Translations under genes and position numbers: made by a program | Shown: positions 27,613 to 33,339 of the stretch, one piece after another | Numbering within the stretch: the stretch's first letter is position 1 | Layout: every line of letters begins with the position of its first letter | The notes under the pieces: generated by a model | Databases searched by the model: none | What the model was told of the DNA's origin: nothing | The model's input: the letters and a program-made list of their open reading frames with translations, nothing else | Assembly: GCA_016935875.1 (NCBI GenBank) | Contig: JAFGQD010000030.1 | Location: forward strand, 1 to 33,339 | Length of the DNA stretch: 33,339 nt | Direction: 5' to 3' | Source: Deltaproteobacteria bacterium | GTDB lineage: Bacteria; Desulfobacterota; Syntrophia; Syntrophales; UBA2210

Positions 27613-29271
27613 TTGCGCTTTGTGATAGGATATTCTTCAAAAAGGAGTCGGACCATCAACAAGATTCATGGCAATATCGCAGGCCTGAAGGCGGGTGATA
27701 TCGGGGATATCCAGCGATTCTACCGAAAAAAGATTCCCCCGAAACAGATAATCACTTCCGAGCTGGCACGGACCCTTACCGGTCTCTCCCGTCGTATAAA
27801 CCGGCAGATAGGCATCCTCGTCAGCCGCGGGGGGGAGATACTGTACGTAATCGTTGGAGATCACAGGCAGATCGTCATCCCGAATCTTGAAGGTTTCAGA
27901 TCGTCCGCTATGCGCCTGAAAGGCCTGCGCCTCATCCACACCCATCTCGGCAGAGAGAAACTGACTGAGGACGACCTGACCGACCTCGCCCTCCTGCGGC
28001 TCGATCTGATTTCGGCCATCGAGGTCGAAGAAAACGGCCTCCCGGGCAGGGTGCACGCGGCGCACCTGATCCCCGAAAATCCCGGGGGTGAATACTGGCT
28101 CCTGATGGACCCCGTCACTGTCTCCGAAACGGACCTGAACTTCCTTGATTTTATACAGGCCCTGGATGATCAGTTCGCGCGAAGGCAGGGGGTCAGAAGG
28201 GTGGACTCCACGGAACGGGCCATCCTGATACGAGTCGAGACGGATCCCCTGTTCGACAGCGAGGCCTCCATGGAGGAGTTGAGAGAGCTTGCACGATCCT
28301 CCGGCGTTGAGGTCTTTGATACCGTCATACAGCACAGGCACAAATATGATCCGAAGTACCTCATGGGCAAGGGAAAGCTCTCTGATATTGTCATAAAAGC
28401 CCTCCAGATCGGGGCCAATCTCCTGATCTTCGACCACGAACTCTCCCCCGCCCAGGTACGCTCCATCACCGACTTCACCGAGCTGAAGGTGATAGACCGG
28501 GCTCAGCTGATCCTCGATATCTTCGCAAGGCGCGCCCACAGCCGCGAGGGGAAGGTTCAGGTTGAGCTCGCCCAGATGCAGTACCTCCTTCCCCGGCTCG
28601 CGACAAAGAACACCGCCATGTCCCGCCTCACCGGGGGCATAGGGGGTACCGGCCCGGGAGAGACCAAGCTCGAGATCAACCGGCGCAGGGCGAGGGATAA
28701 AATCGGCCGTCTGAAAAAGGAACTGAAGGATATACAAAAGGGAAGATTCCAGCGGCGCAGGCTCAGACAGAAGAGATCCCTTCCCGTCATCTCGATCATC
28801 GGATATACCAACACGGGGAAATCCACACTCCTCAATGCGCTTACGCAGAGCAGTGTTCTGACCGAAAATCTCCTCTTCGCCACGCTGGATCCGAAGAGCT
28901 CACGACTCCGGTTCCCTCGCGACAGGGAGGCGATCATCACAGACACGGTGGGATTTATAAGAAATCTCCCGAAAGAGCTTGCCTCCGCCTTCCGCGCGAC
29001 GCTGGAGGAACTGGATGAGGCTGATCTGCTCCTCCATATCATAGACGTGAGCAATCCGGGGTTTGAGGACCAGATACTCGCGGTGGAAAATATCCTGGAA
29101 GAACTCAACCTTAAAACAAAGAAGAGCATACGCGTATTTAACAAGGTGGACATCTTTCCCGACAGGGATGTCCTGGACAACCTGTGCCGCAGATTCGGCG
29201 CCATACCTATCTGTGCGCTGAACCCCGAGACCTTCCCGCCACTGCTCGCGAGGATGGAAAAGGAACTGTAA
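27613..29271 (+). CDS. hflX: GTPase HflX, long form with ~190-aa N-terminal extension; start codon uncertain
   Basis: HflX N-domain (IFDHELSPAQVRSI, VIDRAQLILDIFARRA, GPGETKLEINRR). G1 GYTNTGKST, G3 DTVGF, G4 NKVD. The ORF-track start at 27613 is TTG with no RBS. Confidence 0.85.
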   Translation: MRFVIGYSSKRSRTINKIHGNIAGLKAGDIGDIQRFYRKKIPPKQIITSELARTLTGLSRRINRQIGILVSRGGEILYVIVGDHRQIVIPNLEGFRSSAMRLKGLRLIHTHLGREKLTEDDLTDLALLRLDLISAIEVEENGLPGRVHAAHLIPENPGGEYWLLMDPVTVSETDLNFLDFIQALDDQFARRQGVRRVDSTERAILIRVETDPLFDSEASMEELRELARSSGVEVFDTVIQHRHKYDPKYLMGKGKLSDIVIKALQIGANLLIFDHELSPAQVRSITDFTELKVIDRAQLILDIFARRAHSREGKVQVELAQMQYLLPRLATKNTAMSRLTGGIGGTGPGETKLEINRRRARDKIGRLKKELKDIQKGRFQRRRLRQKRSLPVISIIGYTNTGKSTLLNALTQSSVLTENLLFATLDPKSSRLRFPRDREAIITDTVGFIRNLPKELASAFRATLEELDEADLLLHIIDVSNPGFEDQILAVENILEELNLKTKKSIRVFNKVDIFPDRDVLDNLCRRFGAIPICALNPETFPPLLARMEKEL

Positions 29272-29285
29272 TTTTTAATGCCCGA

Positions 29286-31139
29286 TTAACCCGGTGATCC
29301 GTTCTTTTGAGCTTGAAAATATTCGGATATCCTGTCCGCGGCATCTTTTCCTATTCCCGGGATCTCTGCAAGCTTCTCACGGGATGCGTTCGCTATGGCA
29401 TCCATTTCCAGAAAATGCGCGAGCAACGCATTTTTTCTGGCCGTGCCGATTCCGGGAATGTCGTCCAGAACGGATCGGAAATCCTCCTTTTCCTTAACCG
29501 TGCGGTGGTAGGTTACCGCAAAACGATGGGCTTCATCTCTCACTCTCTGAAGGAGAAAGAGTGCCTGCGGATGTTTCGAAAGATAGAGGGGGTTTTTCCT
29601 GTTCGGCAGATATACTCTGTCTGTGTCCCTGGAAACACGGGACAATCCTTTTGTCGGGAGCGTGTGCGATTCCTTCGCAAGTCCGATGACATCCACTTCT
29701 TCCAATCCCAGCCCGCCAAGCACGGAAAGGGCGACGCCAAGCTGCCCCTTTCCGCCGTCTACAACAATAAGATCGGGGAGGTCCGTCTTTTCTCCGTATC
29801 GCCTCTCCAGCACTTCGCGCATCATCCCGTAGTCGTCGGCATCCTCTTTCGTCCGTATCCTGAAACGTCTGTAGCATGATTTTTCAGGAATTCCCTGGCT
29901 GAATGAAACCATTGAGCCGACGGCATATTTGCCTCCTATATTGGATATGTCAAAGCATTCTATCCGGCGCGGTAACTTTTTCAGAAGGAGTTTTTTTGCA
30001 AGTTCTTCAAGTACCCTCTCATTATCGACCTCCAGCTTTTCTTCCGCCCGAAACGCACTCTGGGCATTGGACAGCGCCATGGCAAGGAGCGCTTTTTTGT
30101 CCCCTCTCCGGGGAAGCATCAAGGAGACTTTTCCACTCTTTTTTTCAGTGAGCCACTGTTCGATGATCTGTGCGTCTTCCATGCGTTCGGAAACGATAAT
30201 TTCTTCGGGAATTGTTACTCCTGTATCGTAATACTGTTTCAGGAGAGACGACAGGGCCTCAGGCGATTCCATCCTTGTCTTCATGAGGGAAAATCTCCTC
30301 TGACCGATAATGGCCCCTTTTCTTATATATATGGCGTATACTTGGATTCTTTCCCCTGCCCTGTACAGGCCGAAAACATCCTGATCTTTGAAAACCGTGG
30401 ACACCACCCGCTGCTTTTCCAGTGTTGTCTCAATCGCACCGACCTTGTCCCGTATCCGCGCCGCTTCCTCAAAATCAAGATCTTTTGCGGCCCTGTCCAT
30501 CCGCAACCGGAGCTGCCGGATGAGTCTCCCGCCGCAGCCCTCCATAAACAAAATCGCCTCCGCCACAAGTTCCCGGTATTGTGTATCTGCGATAAGACCA
30601 CAGCAGGGGGCGAGACACCTCTGTATCTGAAACTCCATGCAGGGTCTCTTCCTCGTTTTGAATTCCAGGTCTCTGCATGTCCTGAGGGGAAATATGCGAT
30701 GCAGATAATAAAACGTCTCCTTCACCGAAGCGCTTGATGAATATGGTCCGAAATATCGTGCCCCGTCTTTTTTCAAACGCCTCACCAGTTGAAAACGGGG
30801 AAAGTCTTCTTGTGTGTCGATCCGTATGCTGTAAAAGTTTTTGTCATCTCTCAGGTTGATATTGTACCGGGGCCTGTATTTTTTTATCAGATTGTTTTCA
30901 AGGATCAGGGCCTCCTTTTCCGTATCGGTGACGAAAAATTCTATATCCCTTATTCTGGAAACCAGAAAAGGAATCATCCTTCTTGAATCCGTCCCCCCGA
31001 AATATGAACGGACGCGGGCGTGAAGATTCTTTGCCTTTCCGACGTAGATAACCCTGTCATCCCTGTCCTTCATGAGATACACACCCGGGTGCCCGGGAGC
31101 ATGTTGTATCTTTTCTTTCAGCAGGTTCGCCTCTGTCAT
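29286..31139 (-). CDS. uvrC: excinuclease ABC subunit C
   Basis: GIY-YIG domain ([21 protein letters not shown]) and a C-terminal helix-hairpin-helix region ([25 protein letters not shown]). The ATG at 31139 forms an ATGA overlap with the uvrB stop. The ORF-track start at 31145 is GTG. Confidence 0.92.
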   Translation of the reverse strand: MTEANLLKEKIQHAPGHPGVYLMKDRDDRVIYVGKAKNLHARVRSYFGGTDSRRMIPFLVSRIRDIEFFVTDTEKEALILENNLIKKYRPRYNINLRDDKNFYSIRIDTQEDFPRFQLVRRLKKDGARYFGPYSSSASVKETFYYLHRIFPLRTCRDLEFKTRKRPCMEFQIQRCLAPCCGLIADTQYRELVAEAILFMEGCGGRLIRQLRLRMDRAAKDLDFEEAARIRDKVGAIETTLEKQRVVSTVFKDQDVFGLYRAGERIQVYAIYIRKGAIIGQRRFSLMKTRMESPEALSSLLKQYYDTGVTIPEEIIVSERMEDAQIIEQWLTEKKSGKVSLMLPRRGDKKALLAMALSNAQSAFRAEEKLEVDNERVLEELAKKLLLKKLPRRIECFDISNIGGKYAVGSMVSFSQGIPEKSCYRRFRIRTKEDADDYGMMREVLERRYGEKTDLPDLIVVDGGKGQLGVALSVLGGLGLEEVDVIGLAKESHTLPTKGLSRVSRDTDRVYLPNRKNPLYLSKHPQALFLLQRVRDEAHRFAVTYHRTVKEKEDFRSVLDDIPGIGTARKNALLAHFLEMDAIANASREKLAEIPGIGKDAADRISEYFQAQKNGSPG

Positions 31140-33133
31140 CTCCACAATCCGATCTCCGTCTCCATACGCGACAGTTCTCTGATCTCGTCTCTGATCTTTG
31201 CCGCCCTTTCAAATTCGAGTTTTTTGGCCGCCTGTTTCATCTCTCCTTCCAGTTTTTTTATCATAGCGGGAACATCACCGGACACATACGCCTCCATCTT
31301 CTCTTCGACGCTGACGGTTACATAATCCGCTTCATAGACGGAGCTCAGGATGTCAGATATCTCCTTTTTGATCGATTCCGGGGTGATATGGTGCTCTTCA
31401 TTAAACCGTTGCTGTATCTGCCGTCTTCGCTTCGTCTCATCAAGGCAGGACTGAATGGCTTTTGTAATCCTGTCTGCGTACATGATAACCTGACCCTTTA
31501 TGTTTCTCGCTGTCCTCCCGCTCGTCTGTATAAGCGATCGCTCGGAACGCAGGAACCCCTCCTTGTCGGCGTCAAGAATAGCCACCAGTGAGACTTCCGG
31601 GATATCGAGGCCCTCTCTGAGAAGATTTATCCCGATAAGGGCGTCATACTTCCCCATCCGAAGGTCCCGTATAATTGCGACCCGCTCAAGGGTGTTGATG
31701 TCTGAGTGAAGGTACGCCACCTTCATCCCGAGATCGTGATAGTGCTCCGTGAGATTTTCCGCCATCCTCTTTGTCAGTGTGGTAACCAGTACGCGATCCC
31801 CTTGCGCGGCCCTTCTGTTGATCTCGCCGAACAGATCATCCACCTGACCCGCGACCGGTCTGATCACAATTTCCGGGTCTATAAGTCCGGTGGGACGTAT
31901 TATCTGTTCCGCAATCACGCCTCCCGATTTACCCAGTTCATACTCCGCCGGGGTGGCCGATATGTAGAGTCTCTGGTTTGGAAAGGCCTCAAACTCCTTA
32001 AAGGTAAGAGGCCGGTTATCAAGGGCGGAGGGAAGCCGGAATCCGTATTCTATAAGGGTTTCCTTCCGCGATCGATCTCCTCTGTACATCGCGTTTATCT
32101 GAGGAACCGTGGCGTGACTCTCATCTATGATCACAAGGGCATCCGTAGGGAGGTATTCCATCAGCGTGGGGGGCGGTTCTCCCGGCATGCGCCCTGTGAG
32201 GTGACGGGAATAATTTTCTATCCCCTGGCAGTATCCCATCTCCTCCATCATCTCCAGGTCGAACATCGTTCTCTGTTCAAGGCGCTGCGCTTCCAGGAGT
32301 TTGTCCTGCGACTTCAGACTGTCAAGACGTACTGCCAGTTCTTCCCGTATCGCAACAATGGCCCTCGCCAGGGTGTCTCGTGTGGTCACATAGTGGCTTG
32401 ACGGGTATATGGAGGTCCTGTTGAGCCTGTTTAACGTTTTTCCCCGAAGAGGATCCACAATGGATATGGATTCAACAACATCTCCGAAAAAATCCACCCG
32501 TATCGCCTGTTCTTCTTCATATGAAGGGAATATTTCTACCACATCTCCACGAACGCGAAAGGTGCCTCGATGAAAATCTATATCGTTGCGTTCATACTGT
32601 ATCTCTACCAGTTTCCTGAGAAGGTGATCTCTTCCGACTTCCATATCTTTTTCCAGAATGATCTGCATGCCGGCATATTTGTCCGGCGCGCCTATCCCGT
32701 AGATGCATGACACGCTGGCCACAACAATCACGTCCCTCCTCTCCAGCAGTGAGCGGGTGGCAGAATGGCGCATTTTGTCTATCCTGTCATTTATGGAGGA
32801 ATCCTTCTCAATATATGTATCAGTGCTCGGCATATAGGCTTCCGGCTGGTAATAGTCGTAATAACTGACAAAGTACTCCACGGCGTTTTGCGGAAAAAGC
32901 ACTTTGAATTCATTGTAGAGTTGCGCCGCTAGGGTTTTGTTGTGGGCAATGACGAGGGAAGTTCTCTGTGTCGCCTCTATAACATTCGCGATGGTAAAGG
33001 TCTTGCCGGAACCGGTGACTCCGAGGAGCACCTGATGTTCCAATCCTTTCTCAATACCCTCTACAAGTCCTGCTATTGCCCGGGGCTGATCCCCCTTTGG
33101 TTTAAAATCAGTTATTATTGTAAGTGGTTCCAT
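31136..33133 (-). CDS. uvrB: excinuclease ABC subunit B
   Basis: Walker [13 protein letters not shown] box, helicase motifs, and the C-terminal UVR domain [13 protein letters not shown]. 665 aa. Confidence 0.95.
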   Translation of the reverse strand: MEPLTIITDFKPKGDQPRAIAGLVEGIEKGLEHQVLLGVTGSGKTFTIANVIEATQRTSLVIAHNKTLAAQLYNEFKVLFPQNAVEYFVSYYDYYQPEAYMPSTDTYIEKDSSINDRIDKMRHSATRSLLERRDVIVVASVSCIYGIGAPDKYAGMQIILEKDMEVGRDHLLRKLVEIQYERNDIDFHRGTFRVRGDVVEIFPSYEEEQAIRVDFFGDVVESISIVDPLRGKTLNRLNRTSIYPSSHYVTTRDTLARAIVAIREELAVRLDSLKSQDKLLEAQRLEQRTMFDLEMMEEMGYCQGIENYSRHLTGRMPGEPPPTLMEYLPTDALVIIDESHATVPQINAMYRGDRSRKETLIEYGFRLPSALDNRPLTFKEFEAFPNQRLYISATPAEYELGKSGGVIAEQIIRPTGLIDPEIVIRPVAGQVDDLFGEINRRAAQGDRVLVTTLTKRMAENLTEHYHDLGMKVAYLHSDINTLERVAIIRDLRMGKYDALIGINLLREGLDIPEVSLVAILDADKEGFLRSERSLIQTSGRTARNIKGQVIMYADRITKAIQSCLDETKRRRQIQQRFNEEHHITPESIKKEISDILSSVYEADYVTVSVEEKMEAYVSGDVPAMIKKLEGEMKQAAKKLEFERAAKIRDEIRELSRMETEIGLWR

Positions 33134-33339
33134 TCAATGCTCCCCGGAGTCACGCGCGCGGTTTTGAACCATCGTCGCAAGGGCCGGGATGATTCCCGTG
33201 CGGTCTCCTCATAAAAGAATCTCTCACTAAGTGCCCCGTTTTGTCAATACATAGCTGGTTTCTATAACGATGGTGGAACGACTCATTTTCACAACAAGAC
33301 AACGGGTTCGGGCCAATGTGTCTTCCGGCTGTCAGTCAC

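Noticed and set aside
27637-28737. 366-aa ORF antisense to hflX. Similar long antisense ORFs occur at 8789-9793, 10043-10822, 22638-23516, 24576-25565, 2521-3174, 17606-18391 and 31706-32401.
   Set aside because: All lie fully inside, and opposite to, genes with unambiguous family motifs. Their translations are low-complexity or Arg/Gly/Pro-rich with no recognisable motifs and no RBS. This is the usual stop-codon-poor antisense frame of moderately GC-rich coding DNA.
33134-33339. Possible SOS/LexA box upstream of uvrB, and a possible divergent ORF starting at ATG 33270 (MVERLIFTTRQRVRANVSSGCQS...).
   Set aside because: No CTGT-N8-ACAG, GAAC-N4-GTTC (closest is GAACCCGTTGTC, two mismatches), GGTT-N2-C-N4-G-N3-ACC or TTAC-N3-GTAA match. 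The ORF has no RBS, is only 23 codons before the window ends, and has no recognisable motif.

Overview
This is a chromosomal window of mostly housekeeping and central-catabolism genes, about 50% GC by eye. The gene content resembles a syntrophic fatty- or aromatic-acid-oxidising deltaproteobacterium (Syntrophus/Smithella-like). That is a taxonomic guess only, since no search was possible.

Gene order:
- mtnA (5' partial) and a HAD phosphatase (+)
- folD, Na/Pi cotransporter, MBL-fold hydrolase, groES, groEL (all -, listed in transcription order)
- a butyrate-type beta-oxidation operon (+): acyl-CoA ligase, thiolase, hbd, crt, then IS1595-type scars, then acyl-CoA dehydrogenase
- gpmI (+)
- FadD-like ligase, alpha/beta hydrolase, flavodoxin (-)
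- acs, etfB, etfA, membrane FeS oxidoreductase of the DUF224/EMO type (-)
- a signal-peptide beta-barrel porin with an unusual repeated leader (+)
- a long-form hflX (+)
- uvrB, uvrC (-)

I found no rRNA, tRNA, CRISPR array, prophage, or recognisable defence or toxin module. I do not see a clear-cut novel multi-gene system.

The items most worth a second look:
1. A tandem 24-nt Shine-Dalgarno-like repeat and G-rich leader in front of the porin gene.
2. An IS-mediated junction that splits the beta-oxidation operon and leaves the 3' remnant of a second crotonase gene.
3. An acyl-CoA ligase that ends just before the catalytic A10 lysine motif.
4. The acs-etfBA-EMO energy-conservation cluster and its internal terminator.
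5. An hflX with an N-terminal extension of about 190 aa and no canonical start codon behind its only good RBS.

All functional calls rest on motif recognition by eye. None has been verified by database search.
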